From assembly GCA_963675745.2 (NCBI GenBank), contig CAXXWX010000026.1:736001-800000 (forward strand): a stretch of 64,000 nt of DNA. Reading direction: 5' to 3'. Source of the DNA: Phycisphaerae bacterium (GTDB lineage: Bacteria > Planctomycetota > Phycisphaerae > UBA1845 > Fen-1342). The notes below the pieces were generated by a model. It had not been told where the DNA came from. It searched no databases and was given only the letters and a program-made list of their open reading frames with translations. Both the position numbers and the translations under genes were made by a program. Of the stretch, positions 1 through 10,113 are shown piece by piece; position 1 is the first letter of the stretch; every line of letters starts with the position of its first letter.

Positions 1-134
1 TCGTGAGGGGGAACCTCACAGCGGCGGGCGACCTCCCGCATGCTTGTGTTCTGGTAGCCAAGCTCGGAAAACACCTTGGCGACTGTGGGGAGCAGCTCAC
101 GCCCACGCTGTTCGAGCTGGCTCTGAGGCGACAT
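1..134 (-). CDS. TetR/AcrR-family transcriptional regulator, 5' part (runs off the window start)
   Basis: Not in the ORF track. My translation from ATG 134 is MSPQSQLEQRGRELLPTVAKVFSELGYQNTSMREVARRCEV, matching the TetR N-terminal HTH pattern (F.E.GY..TSM..VA). A purine-rich GGGAAAGG lies upstream. Confidence 0.75.
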   Translation of the reverse strand, partial: MSPQSQLEQRGRELLPTVAKVFSELGYQNTSMREVARRCEVPPH

Positions 135-524
135 GCACGCACCTTTCCCTGGACCGTGTCGTCGATTTGCATGCCACGCGGGCATTTCGGCGCACCGCAT
201 TGGCGTGTTCATTCCATCGGACGAGTTTCCGCCAGGCTTTCGGCGTTCAACCCGAATTCAGGCGCAGAATTCGCCCGTTGCCAACATGTCTGGTCACTAA
301 ATACCGACGGCAATGAGATTTGCGCCCCCGAGGCCGCGCGCCGCCCGGCCAACGTCCCTGACAGCGGCCACGCGATTACCGCGCCCTTCGACTCGCCGGG
401 TCGTTCCCCTGACTTGCGCAGCGGCCGCGTGCCGCGGCCCGGTTGACTGCCGACTGACACACGAGTAGCATCCCGCTCGACCAAAAGAACCTCCTCCGGC
501 TGCCGCCGGCAGATGATGGGTACC

Positions 525-1487
525 ATGCCGACGTTACAGGTCGCCATCTTCGCACTAAACGAAGAATCGACTATCCAGCAAGTCATCCGAGACGTGCCCC
601 AGTCAATCCCCGGGATAAGCCGCATACTGATTACGGTGATTGACGACGGTTCGAGCGACCGGACGGCGGAATTGGCACGTGACGCCGGCGCCGACGTGAT
701 CTCGCATGGTCACAATCGCGGGCTGGGCACGGTGTTTCGTTCCGCGGTGGCCGCCGCGCTCGACAACAACGCCGACATCCTGGTGACGGTCGATGGCGAC
801 GGGCAGTTTCAGACGGGTGACATTCCCACGCTGCTAGCGCCGATACTCGGCGGCACGGCGGACATGGTCACCTGCTCGCGGTTCCTCGACCCCGAGCTTG
901 CTCCGCGCATGCCCGCGGTCAAGGTCTGGGGCAACTCGGTGGTCGCCAGATTGGTGTCGGCGCTGACGGGACATCGTCTGCACGACGCATCGTGCGGCTT
1001 CCGCGCCTACAATCGTGACTGCCTTATCCACCTCAACCTGATGGGCCGTTTCACCTACACGCACGAGACGCTTCTGGAATTGATCTTCAAGCGTATGCGC
1101 GTCGTCGAACGGGCGTTGCCGGTGCGCGGGGTGCGTGAGTTCGGCAAGTCACGCGTGGCATCCAACGTATTCGCCTACGGGTGGCGCACGCTTCGCATCA
1201 TTGTCGGCACGGTGCTGCATCACCGCCCCCATCACGTATTCACCGCGCTCGCGGGGCTCAGCGCCGCTTTGGGTGTGATCCTCGCCGTCGTCGGCTATGT
1301 TCCGTTTCTGCTGACCGGGTATTTCACGAAGTGGGCCATGTTCACAGCCGCGTTCCTGTTTGGGCTGGCGGTGTTGATGATTCTGTTCGGTATGCAGGCG
1401 CGTGTCCTTTACCGCAGCCAGTTCCTGCTCGAGGAGATCCTGTATCAACACCGGCTCGACGCGACCAGGCGCAGACGCGACTCGTGA
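525..1487 (+). CDS. GT2 glycosyltransferase, polyprenol-phosphate glycosyltransferase (DPM1/GtrB-like), with two C-terminal TM helices
   Basis: Motifs ALNEE, VIDDGSSDRT, NRGLG, VDGDGQF and DASCGFRAY; hydrophobic C-terminal pair. Start could be 513, 516 or 525. Confidence 0.9.
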   Translation: MPTLQVAIFALNEESTIQQVIRDVPQSIPGISRILITVIDDGSSDRTAELARDAGADVISHGHNRGLGTVFRSAVAAALDNNADILVTVDGDGQFQTGDIPTLLAPILGGTADMVTCSRFLDPELAPRMPAVKVWGNSVVARLVSALTGHRLHDASCGFRAYNRDCLIHLNLMGRFTYTHETLLELIFKRMRVVERALPVRGVREFGKSRVASNVFAYGWRTLRIIVGTVLHHRPHHVFTALAGLSAALGVILAVVGYVPFLLTGYFTKWAMFTAAFLFGLAVLMILFGMQARVLYRSQFLLEEILYQHRLDATRRRRDS

Positions 1488-1635
1488 CCATCCACGCGCG
1501 ACATTGGCGCAATTGACGCTCGCCGAGGCAGCTTCTAGAATCGCGCGCGTGCTTGCTTCCACCGGTTGAGGTCGGTCTCCGCCACGGGCACGGCGCCACC
1601 GGGGCCGTGACACAATCGGCGGATGGTAGCTAGGC

Positions 1636-1817
1636 CGTCCCGCAGGGACGCAATGAACATAGCCCAGCACGAAGTGCTGGGGCAATCGTGGCCACGTGAA
1701 AACCGAGTCCCGCAGGGACGGCTGAGCTTTCAGTCGTCCCGATGGGACTTGGCGCCAGGTGCGCGATCGAAACCCAGCACCGCGTGCTGGACTATATTCA
1801 GATGCCCCTGCGGGGCA
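1636..1817. repeat. ~180 bp imperfect palindromic REP/REPIN-like element
   Basis: GTCCCGCAGGGAC occurs at ~1637 and ~1707, mirrored by GTCCCGATGGGAC and GCCCCTGCGGGGC. TGAACATAGCCCAGCACGAAGTGCTGGG is mirrored by CCCAGCACCGCGTGCTGGACTATATTCA. The symmetry centre is near 1727. Confidence 0.8.
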
Positions 1818-1902
1818 CATGACTCGGAAACCACGGACGCGGAATTCCCGCCGCAAGTTTCACGGACCCGGCGCCACCCCGCACTGACATGGGCTCGTTC
1901 CG

Positions 1903-2574
1903 TTGATAATTGCACGCAACCAGGTCCGCGAGGCTCTTCTTGCCGCTTTCGAGGCCCACGGCGCCGCGCTGGGCAGCGAGATCACCGACGAGATGGCAAT
2001 CCCGTCGTATCTCCAGCGCGGGTTGATCTCGCGCGCCGTGTTTTGGCGCAAGCTGGACTTCATTCTGCGCGCCGCCAACCTTCGACCCGGCACGCGCGTC
2101 TTCGACTTTGGCTGCGGCACGGGCATCCTGCTTCAGGCCCTCAGCGCCGAGGGCCGGTCGGTGCAGGGCACGGACCTGCACCTGGAGTTGGCCCGCGAAG
2201 TTGTTCAGCGTCTGGGGCTCTCTCGCGTCGAGCTGCTCGCCGCCGACGCCTGGCCCGCCGCGGTGCCCGACGGTGAGATTGAGACCGTTATCGCCGCCAA
2301 CGTGCTGGAGCATATCGACGATCGCCGGGCCCTGATCGCCACACTCGCGAGCAAACTGACCCCCAGCGGCCGGCTGGTTATCTCCGGCCCCACTGAGAAC
2401 ACGCTGTACCGCATGGGCCGGCGTGTGGTAGGTTTCTCGGGGCACTACCACGTGACGACAATCCGAGACATTCTGGACGATGCACGCGCTGTCGGGCTGC
2501 GGCGTGTGCATCTCAAACGTTGGCCGCTGCCCGGACCGGCGTGTCTGTACCAGATTGCCGCCTTTACCCGATAA
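1903..2574 (+). CDS. Class I SAM-dependent methyltransferase
   Basis: Motif I VFDFGCGTG, plus NVLEHI and GRLVISGP. Start codon uncertain. Confidence 0.85.
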   Translation: MIIARNQVREALLAAFEAHGAALGSEITDEMAIPSYLQRGLISRAVFWRKLDFILRAANLRPGTRVFDFGCGTGILLQALSAEGRSVQGTDLHLELAREVVQRLGLSRVELLAADAWPAAVPDGEIETVIAANVLEHIDDRRALIATLASKLTPSGRLVISGPTENTLYRMGRRVVGFSGHYHVTTIRDILDDARAVGLRRVHLKRWPLPGPACLYQIAAFTR

Positions 2575-2598
2575 CCGGCATCGCCGGTGTGAAAGCTC

Positions 2599-4704
2599 AT
2601 GAGTCAGATCGCAGCCACAGTCACCCCACCTGACCAGCCCGCGGCATCCCCGCCGCCCGGCGACCCCGCGCGCGCGTTTCGACGGTTCGAGCGCTTCACG
2701 CTCGTCGCCTTTGCCGTCTTCTGGCTGGCCTGGATGGTGCTGCTGTTTTACATTCGCATACAGCATCCCGGACTTGATCACGGCGACCCGTTGCCCGATG
2801 CCAACGTGCTAAACGCGGGCAAGAACTTCGACGCGCACGGCCTGGGCCTGAATTACGGCGTGCCTCAGTGGGAGACGTACACCGACTCCAGGCGCCCGCC
2901 GCGCCTTTATACACACTACCCACCGTTGGCATACTGGACCCACCAGGGGCTGAAGGCGCTCGGGCTGCACGAGCTGGCCCACTTCCGCGCGTTCTCTCTG
3001 GCCATCTCGGCGGCGGCCGTCTGGCTGGTGCTGATATTCATAGCGATGGTCACGCACAGCCGTCTGCTGGGCGTGCTCGGCGCCTTCTTCTACGCCTGGA
3101 GCATTCCGTTTGCCGAGTATGCCGACAGCATGAACATGCACGGCTACATGCAGTTCACGCTTTTCGGCTGTTTGATTGCTTGGGTCGCATACGAACGCGC
3201 CGAACGCCGTGGACGGCGCGCGCTGTGGCTGGCGCTCGCACTGCTCCTGTTTATCACCGACTGCTGGCTGACCTTCGAGCACATCCTGCTGATCGGGGGC
3301 TTCACCTTCGGCCGGGCCGTGTGGATTCGCTCGCGGCCGAACTGGAAGGGCTGGCTGCTGATCTTCCTGGTCCCGATCCTGGTGATGGGTGTACGTGTCG
3401 TACACAACGGGATGGCGCTCGGCGGCGTGCGCGCCAGCATCGATGACCTCACCGCCGCCGCCAAATTTCGCGCCGGTGGCACTTCAGAGAAGATAACATT
3501 GGCAGCCCTGTGCGATATCTGGGTTGCCCGCCTCGGCGGCGACGAATTGCCACCCGAGCATCACGACGTCGAGATGGAGTATCCGGCGCTTAACCCGCGC
3601 CTGGTCAGGATCGCCGTCCTTTTGTCTCTTGTGCTCATCTGCACATGGCACTACCGGCAGGTGCGTGGGCCGCGCCTGGGCATCTGGAACGGACTATGGC
3701 TACTCGCGTGCGCCATTCCGTGGTTTGTCATCATGCGCGAGGGAACCTTCGGGCACCGGCATAACATTCTCGTGCTCACCCCGGCCCTCGCACTGCTGCT
3801 CGGCAGCCTGGCATCGACCGGCTTGTTGCACGCGTTTGTGCCACGCCCGCGTTTCGCGCCCATCCGCTGGGTCGCGCCGCTGCTGGCCCTGGCGCTGATG
3901 GGCACGTTCGCCTGGCGCATGAAAGACTCTCACGTGCTGAACCAGGTGTGGGACATCAACCCAAGGCTGCGCGAGAGCATTCTATTCCTGCGCAGCTCGC
4001 ATCAGCGCATCGCGGCCGCCGGCCGGCGACTCAACGATGTACGGCGGATAGTCTTCCTCGATCGCTGGCGTGTGCCCGCCTACCTGGCCGATCAGCCATA
4101 CCAGCTTATGGACTGTGTCCAGGTGCCGAAGTCGCTGGTTGCCGGTGACGTCTTCTGGCACCAATGCTGGTCGGCCGAAGAGCAGGAGCTCACGTTTGAC
4201 GCCCTTTCCAGGTACGGCTTCCCAGATCAACTGTCGCCGCCAGCGACACGCTCACTGGTTTTCCATGGCGGGCGCGTGCCTGGACTGCCTTTACACCTCG
4301 CGCTTGACGAACAGCACGAGCTGGCGGCCATGCACGCCAGCCGGGCACTCGACTGCCCACGCTGGTTTGTCCAGTGTCACCTGACCGGCCAGATCGACAA
4401 ACAGTGGGCGGAGCAGCTTGTGTTCAACTGCCGCCTGCTCGATGCGAACGGTGAGCGCGTGGAGGCGGAGGAGACGCGTGTGGCGTGGGGCATCTGGAAC
4501 TCGGAAGAGGCGCTGCTGTGGGTCTCATTCGCCGAAGCTGACGTTGCCCGTTCGAGCGCGCTGCGTATCGGCTTCTGGTCTGACGATCAACTGGCCGCGT
4601 GCAGATTTGCGCCGTCGAGCGGAGAATTGCCCGCGGGGGTCGAACTCGCCGACGACGGCCGCGCGGTTATCTGGCGCCGACCGCCCTGGCTGAACGCTGA
4701 CTGA
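2599..4704 (+). CDS. Multi-pass membrane protein, probable GT-C fold (ArnT/PMT-like) glycosyltransferase with a C-terminal soluble domain
   Basis: About 10 hydrophobic segments; acidic first loop (DHGDPLPD) and YTHYPPL motif typical of GT-C enzymes; adjacent to the GT2 gene. Confidence 0.65.
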   Translation: MSQIAATVTPPDQPAASPPPGDPARAFRRFERFTLVAFAVFWLAWMVLLFYIRIQHPGLDHGDPLPDANVLNAGKNFDAHGLGLNYGVPQWETYTDSRRPPRLYTHYPPLAYWTHQGLKALGLHELAHFRAFSLAISAAAVWLVLIFIAMVTHSRLLGVLGAFFYAWSIPFAEYADSMNMHGYMQFTLFGCLIAWVAYERAERRGRRALWLALALLLFITDCWLTFEHILLIGGFTFGRAVWIRSRPNWKGWLLIFLVPILVMGVRVVHNGMALGGVRASIDDLTAAAKFRAGGTSEKITLAALCDIWVARLGGDELPPEHHDVEMEYPALNPRLVRIAVLLSLVLICTWHYRQVRGPRLGIWNGLWLLACAIPWFVIMREGTFGHRHNILVLTPALALLLGSLASTGLLHAFVPRPRFAPIRWVAPLLALALMGTFAWRMKDSHVLNQVWDINPRLRESILFLRSSHQRIAAAGRRLNDVRRIVFLDRWRVPAYLADQPYQLMDCVQVPKSLVAGDVFWHQCWSAEEQELTFDALSRYGFPDQLSPPATRSLVFHGGRVPGLPLHLALDEQHELAAMHASRALDCPRWFVQCHLTGQIDKQWAEQLVFNCRLLDANGERVEAEETRVAWGIWNSEEALLWVSFAEADVARSSALRIGFWSDDQLAACRFAPSSGELPAGVELADDGRAVIWRRPPWLNAD

Positions 4705-5857
4705 CTTTGCTCGCAGCGCAAGCCCGGCCACCGATGGCCGCCAGCAACCCGGCCGCCAATCCCAGGAAGATCACGCCCGATCCGCCCGTCGAGACGAAGG
4801 GCAACGAAATGCCCTTGGTCGGAATGCTGTTGGTCACGACGCCGATGTTAAACGCGGCCTGCAAACCGATCGTCAGTGTCAGCCCCAGCGCCAGCATGCT
4901 GCCAAACAGGTCGGGGACGCGCCGCGCGATCCACCAGCCGCGCCAGAGCAGCGCGATGAACAGGGCGGTGACAACCATGCCCCCCACGATCCCCAACTCC
5001 TCGCAGATGATTGCGAGGATGAAGTCGTTATTGGCCTGCGGCAGATAGGACTTCTGCACGCCGGCCCCCAGGCCTTGCCCCCACCAGCCGCCGGAGCCGA
5101 TCGCGATCATGGCCTGATTGATCTGATACCCGCCATCGAGCGGATCGGGCGTTTCGAAGTAGAAATCGCGAATGCGCGGCCAACGGTGGGGCTTGAGGCG
5201 GATCATGACCACGCCGGCCGCGAATCCCAGCGGAACCAGCAGCGACAGATGCCACCAGCGGGCACGCGCGGCGAAGAGCATGCCGACCATGATCGTACCC
5301 ATCAGCACGCCCGTGCCAAAGTCCTCGATCGTCACCAGCAGCAGCAGCGGCACCAGCGACAGGATGACCAGTGTGAACCCCCTGAATATCCGGCGCACGT
5401 CGAGCACCGGCGACGTGAGCAGCGCCGCCAACCAGATCACCATCACGAGCTTGGCGACCTCCGGCGGCTGAAAACTGAGCGACCCCACGCCGATCGAGCG
5501 TTTGGCTCCCATCGCGCGCTGTCCGATGCCGGGGATATACATGGCGGCCACCAGCGCAAGCGCCACCAGGGCGATCAGACCCACGCGCCAGCAATCGCGC
5601 CACCGCTCGCAACGCAGCAGAGAGTAGTTGAAGTGCGCGGCGAGCAGCATGGCGAGGAAGCCCATCATTACGAAGACGGTTTGCTTGATCGGGGTGCGCA
5701 ACCAATGGTCGAGCGCCAGGTCCACGCCCTCGTAAGAGATGCGCGCCGAATACGCCATCGCCACGCCCAGCACCATCAGTGCCCCGACGATCAGGATGAC
5801 CACGCCGTCATAGGTCGGCGCGGCGTTGTGACGCAGGTCGGGCGTGTCGGCCATCAC
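4667..5857 (-). CDS. ftsW: SEDS peptidoglycan glycosyltransferase FtsW
   Basis: GAKRSI, FQPPEVAK, DFGT, GYQINQA..AIGSGG..G.G.G, YLPQANNDFI and PTKGISLPFVSTGGS; follows mraY. Confidence 0.95.
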   Translation of the reverse strand: MMADTPDLRHNAAPTYDGVVILIVGALMVLGVAMAYSARISYEGVDLALDHWLRTPIKQTVFVMMGFLAMLLAAHFNYSLLRCERWRDCWRVGLIALVALALVAAMYIPGIGQRAMGAKRSIGVGSLSFQPPEVAKLVMVIWLAALLTSPVLDVRRIFRGFTLVILSLVPLLLLVTIEDFGTGVLMGTIMVGMLFAARARWWHLSLLVPLGFAAGVVMIRLKPHRWPRIRDFYFETPDPLDGGYQINQAMIAIGSGGWWGQGLGAGVQKSYLPQANNDFILAIICEELGIVGGMVVTALFIALLWRGWWIARRVPDLFGSMLALGLTLTIGLQAAFNIGVVTNSIPTKGISLPFVSTGGSGVIFLGLAAGLLAAIGGRACAASKVSQRSARAVGAR

Positions 5858-5858
5858 G

Positions 5859-7013
5859 TCACCTCAGCTTGACCGTGGCCAGGGCAAACACGGCGAACAG
5901 GGCCGCGACCAGCCAGAAGCGCATGACGACCTGCATTTCCGACCAGCCGCCGAGATGCAGGTGGTTGTGCAGCGGTGCGCAGCGCAGGAACCGCCGCCCG
6001 CCGGTCCAGTGGAAATACGAGATTTGCAGCAGCACCGAAACGGCCTCGATCACGAAGATGCCGCCGACAAGGAACAGCATCAGTTCGAGGCGCGTGACGA
6101 TAGCCACGTATCCGATCAACCCGCCCAGCGGCAGTGACCCGGTGTCTCCCATGAACACCTGGGCCGGATACGCATTATACCATAGAAAACCTAGACAGGC
6201 GCCGCAGATCGCCCCGCACAGCACGGCCAGCTCCCCCGCCTCGCGCACGTGGAAGAACAAGAGGTATTCAGCGTACTCCTTGTCCCCCACCACCGTCGAA
6301 AGCACCATGAAGACCACGGCGGTCAACGCCATGCAGCCGCACGCCAGGCCGTCCATGCCGTCAGTCAGGTTGACCGCGTTTGAAGTGCCCGTGATCACGA
6401 TCACGCTGATCAGCCAGAACACCGGCGCCGCCAGCAGGATACCGTGGTAGGGCGCCGGCCCCTTGTAGAACGGCACACTCAGCACGTTGTACGGTACATA
6501 GTCCTTGGCGATGTCGAAGAAGCGATCTTCTTCGGCCAGGCCGCGGCCCGTCTTCAGAATGAACACGCCCAGCAGCGCCCCCAGCGCGATCTGAAAGACG
6601 AGTTTCTCCCACATCTTCAGCCCATCGCGGCCGCCGCGCCGCGTCGCCGTCAGCTTCAGATAGTCATCTATGCCGCCCAGCGCGGCCAGCCACACCAGGC
6701 AGATGAGACCCATGCGCACGTAGTACACGCGCAGGTCCGCCAGCAGCAACACGGTCACCAGAACCGAGACGACGATCATCACGCCGCCCATCGTCGGCGT
6801 GTTGCGTTTGGCCTTCATCATCTCGTTGAGCTGCTCATGGTTGAAGTTGGCGTGGTCACCGATCTTCAGCTTGAGCAATATGCGGATCACGCGCGGGCCC
6901 ATCGCCCACACCACCGTGAATCCCAACAGGATTGCCACCGCGCCGCGAAACGGCGCGTTCTGATACCCGTAGGGCTGTCCGGACATCAGCCATGCAAAAA
7001 ACTCATACAGCAT
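5859..7013 (-). CDS. mraY: Phospho-N-acetylmuramoyl-pentapeptide transferase
   Basis: KRNTPTMGG, GGIDDYLK, NAVNLTDGMDGL, YPAQVFMGDTGSL and APLHNH. Confidence 0.97.
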   Translation of the reverse strand: MLYEFFAWLMSGQPYGYQNAPFRGAVAILLGFTVVWAMGPRVIRILLKLKIGDHANFNHEQLNEMMKAKRNTPTMGGVMIVVSVLVTVLLLADLRVYYVRMGLICLVWLAALGGIDDYLKLTATRRGGRDGLKMWEKLVFQIALGALLGVFILKTGRGLAEEDRFFDIAKDYVPYNVLSVPFYKGPAPYHGILLAAPVFWLISVIVITGTSNAVNLTDGMDGLACGCMALTAVVFMVLSTVVGDKEYAEYLLFFHVREAGELAVLCGAICGACLGFLWYNAYPAQVFMGDTGSLPLGGLIGYVAIVTRLELMLFLVGGIFVIEAVSVLLQISYFHWTGGRRFLRCAPLHNHLHLGGWSEMQVVMRFWLVAALFAVFALATVKLR

Positions 7014-7016
7014 CGG

Positions 7017-8429
7017 TCAACCTGTCGCCGCAAAGGCCGCCCACTTCCGCAGCGGCGTTACCAGTCGTTCCAACCCCACCGCTCGTGAACCCTTCAGCAG
7101 AACCACGTCGCCCGCCCGTAACAAACCCGGCAGCCCCAGCACGCACTCATCAACGCTCACAAAACTCGTCAGCGCCGGACCGCCGCGCGCGCTGAGCACG
7201 CGTTGCATCCGATCGCCGGCGGCCCCCACCAGCACCACATGGTCCAGGGCGCAGGCGCGCACGTGCTCGGCAACCTGCGCGTGTAGTTCCGCCGAACGCG
7301 GGCCCAACTCGCGCATCTCGCCCAAGACGGCAATGCGCCGCCCCGCGCTGGGGTGCTGCACCAGCATCTCGAGCGCCGCCCGCATGCTCTGCGGGTTTGC
7401 GTTATAGGCATCATTGAGAACCGTCAGATCGCCGAAACGCTGCAACTCGCACCGCAGCGCCGGCGGCGCGTAGGTCGCCAGACGCGCCGCGATTTCATCG
7501 TGATCAAGCCCCAGACGCCGCCCAACCGCGACCGCGCCGGCGGCGTTCAGAGCATTATGTGCCCCCGGCATCGGCAAGCGGTATTCAAAACGCCCGTTCA
7601 GCCGGAACATCAGCCACGGCGGCTCGTACACCACGTCGCTGACGCGCAGGTCCGCGTCCTCGCACGTGCCGAACGTCGTCAGCGTCAGCCCCTCGGCCGG
7701 CAGGTGCGCCTGAATCCCCGCCCACTCCACATTCACCGCCGCAAATCCGCTTTCCAGCCAGCCCAGCACCGAGCACTCTTCGGCGGCCACGCCGCCCAGA
7801 TCACCCAGCCCTTCCAGGTGCTCTTCGGCGATGGAGGTGATCACCGCGAGTGTCGGTCGCGCAAGCTCCGCCAGCGCGGCCACCTCGCCGGGTGCGTTGG
7901 TGCCGATTTCAACGACGAGGTAGTCATCAGAAGCGGCCGCCGACAACAGTGTCAGCGGCACGCCGATCGCGTTGTTGAAACTCCTGGGCGAGGCGCGCCC
8001 GGTGAAGCGCTCTCCCAGGATATGGTCGACCATGCTCTTGGTCGTGGTCTTGCCATTGCTCCCGGCGACAGCGATGACGCTGAGCGAGAGCAGGCGTCGG
8101 TGGTAATGAGCCAGCCGTCCCAATGCGGCGAGCACGTCGTCGACACCGATCAGGACCGGTCCCGCGCCTGCGATGCCCAACGCCGCAAGCGACGCCGCGA
8201 CTTCGGGGACGCGTGCCTGTGCCACCACCGCGGCGAGGGCGCCGCCCTCGGCGGCCTGCGTGACAAACTCATGCCCGTCAAAGCGATCACCGCTCAGTGC
8301 GAAGAACACATCACCGGACGCCACTTCGCGCGAATCGGTTGATACGGCGTTCGCGCTTAGCGGCGGCACGGTTTCAACCGTACGTCCTTTGACCGCCTCC
8401 ACGATTTCGCTGAGCGTGAGTTTGATCAC
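7017..8429 (-). CDS. murF: UDP-MurNAc-tripeptide:D-Ala-D-Ala ligase
   Basis: TDSR, GSNGKTTTK, SFNNAIGVPLT, NDAYNANPQSM, LGEMRELG and LKGSR. Confidence 0.96.
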   Translation of the reverse strand: MIKLTLSEIVEAVKGRTVETVPPLSANAVSTDSREVASGDVFFALSGDRFDGHEFVTQAAEGGALAAVVAQARVPEVAASLAALGIAGAGPVLIGVDDVLAALGRLAHYHRRLLSLSVIAVAGSNGKTTTKSMVDHILGERFTGRASPRSFNNAIGVPLTLLSAAASDDYLVVEIGTNAPGEVAALAELARPTLAVITSIAEEHLEGLGDLGGVAAEECSVLGWLESGFAAVNVEWAGIQAHLPAEGLTLTTFGTCEDADLRVSDVVYEPPWLMFRLNGRFEYRLPMPGAHNALNAAGAVAVGRRLGLDHDEIAARLATYAPPALRCELQRFGDLTVLNDAYNANPQSMRAALEMLVQHPSAGRRIAVLGEMRELGPRSAELHAQVAEHVRACALDHVVLVGAAGDRMQRVLSARGGPALTSFVSVDECVLGLPGLLRAGDVVLLKGSRAVGLERLVTPLRKWAAFAATG

Positions 8430-8488
8430 GGCCGCAGGGAACCTCCATTATTCGGCACAACAAACACGTCCGACGCCGCGTGCGCCGG

Positions 8489-8552
8489 GTGCCACGGCTC
8501 TGTGAGCCGTGTGCGCCGCCGCGTGAACACACGGCTCACAGAGCCGTGGCAC
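8489..8552. repeat. Perfect 25-bp inverted repeat (REP doublet) between murE and murF
   Basis: GTGCCACGGCTCTGTGAGCCGTGTG (8489-8513) and its exact reverse complement (8528-8552); each arm is itself a hairpin. Confidence 0.85.
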
Positions 8553-8583
8553 GCAGCCCCGCGCGTTTTCCGGCGACTGCGCA

Positions 8584-10113
8584 CTAGCGGTCGGTGCCTT
8601 GAACACCGGCCAACTCGGCCGCCGCCGCCATCGCCACCTCGACATCGTCAAAGTGTATCCGCTCCTCGCCAATAATCTGGCAGCGCTCGTGACCTTTTCC
8701 TGCTATGAGCACCACATCTCCGTCGCGCGCGGCGGCCAGCGCGCACTTGATCGCGTCCGCGCGGTCCAGTTCGACGATCACGCGTCGGCGCGTGGACTCG
8801 TCGAGGCCACCGAGGGCATCGTCGGCGATCCGCCGAGGATCTTCGCCACGCGGATTATCGTTGGTCAGCACGATCGCGTCGGAAAACTCCGCCACGGCCC
8901 GCGCCATCTTCGGTCGCTTGTCGCGGTCACGGTCGCCGCCGCAGCCGAAAACCGTGATCAACCGGCCACGCGTCAACGGCTTGAGCACGCCGAGCACGTT
9001 TCGCAGGGCATCCTCGGTGTGCGCATAGTCCACAAGCACATCGACGCCGGCCATGCCGGCCACGCGCTGCAACCGCCCGCGGACATTCTGCACGGCGGCC
9101 AGCCCCGCGCCAATGAGCTCCGGTGACACGCCCACCGCGGTTGCCAGTCCGGCCGCCGCCAGTGCGTTGTAGACATTGTGCCGGCCGACAATCCTGTTCT
9201 CCAGCGTAAGCTCCTCGCCCGCGATGCGCAGCACGTACCGGGTGCCCGCGATCGTCTCGGCCACGATGCTACCGGTGACGTCAGCCGGCTGGGTCATTGC
9301 GTAGTACACGACTCGCGCGCGGCAGTTCTCGATCATCGCCTCGTGCGCGGGATCGTCGCGATTGACCACGGCAACCGCGTCTTCACCCAGCCCCGCGAAG
9401 AGCCGGGCCTTGGCCGCCCGGTAGTCTTCCATCGTTCCGTGATAGTCCAGGTGGTCCTGCGTGAGATTGGTGAAACCCGCCGCGCTGAACTCAAGCCCGG
9501 CCGTACGTTGCTGCGCCAGGGCGTGACTCGACACCTCCACCACCGCCGCATCCGCCCCGGCGTCGATGCAGGCGCGCAGATACTCGGCGAGTTCCAACGG
9601 CCCGGGCGTGGTCAGTCGCGACTCCACCGAGCGTGAACAGAGGTTGTAGTGCAGCGTACCCAGCAGACCGCAGCCCCATCCCGCCTCCAGGAGAATCTGG
9701 CGGGTCATTTCCGCGGTCGTGCTCTTACCGTTTGTGCCGGTGATCGCGATCAGCTTGAGCTTGCGCGCCGCGGCGCCGTCGAGCCCGTGCCAGCGCTGCG
9801 CCAGGCGCGCCAGGGCAACGCGCGCATCTTCAACCGGCACAACGATCACGTTCGGCACGCCAGAGATCCCCGTGCCAACCACGACCGCCGCCCCGTTGCG
9901 CAGTGCGTCGTCAATGAAGCGGCGACCATCGGCCGTAGCGCCCGGGACGGTGACAAACACACCCCCGTCCCGCACTCGTCGCGAGTCGTCATGTACGCCC
10001 GTGACTTGACGCGCCCCGTGCGCCGCCAGAGTTTTGGCGTCGGCGATTCCCGCAAATAGCTGTGCCAGTGTCCGCATGCCGACTTGCCGACTGCCACCCG
10101 CCAACACGCGCAT
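8584..10113 (-). CDS. murE: UDP-MurNAc-dipeptide:meso-diaminopimelate ligase
   Basis: ITGTNGKSTT, EVSSHAL, FTNLTQDHLDYH, VDYAHT, GCGGDRD, DNPR (meso-DAP signature) and AGKGHE. Start is 10113 (TGATG overlap with the ftsI stop) or 10077. Confidence 0.96.
   Translation of the reverse strand: MRVLAGGSRQVGMRTLAQLFAGIADAKTLAAHGARQVTGVHDDSRRVRDGGVFVTVPGATADGRRFIDDALRNGAAVVVGTGISGVPNVIVVPVEDARVALARLAQRWHGLDGAAARKLKLIAITGTNGKSTTAEMTRQILLEAGWGCGLLGTLHYNLCSRSVESRLTTPGPLELAEYLRACIDAGADAAVVEVSSHALAQQRTAGLEFSAAGFTNLTQDHLDYHGTMEDYRAAKARLFAGLGEDAVAVVNRDDPAHEAMIENCRARVVYYAMTQPADVTGSIVAETIAGTRYVLRIAGEELTLENRIVGRHNVYNALAAAGLATAVGVSPELIGAGLAAVQNVRGRLQRVAGMAGVDVLVDYAHTEDALRNVLGVLKPLTRGRLITVFGCGGDRDRDKRPKMARAVAEFSDAIVLTNDNPRGEDPRRIADDALGGLDESTRRRVIVELDRADAIKCALAAARDGDVVLIAGKGHERCQIIGEERIHFDDVEVAMAAAAELAGVQGTDR

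Noticed and set aside
135..512. Short ORFs 3-446, 44-316 and 209-625
   Set aside because: No recognisable motifs; the region is better explained as the divergent intergenic space between the TetR and GT2 genes.
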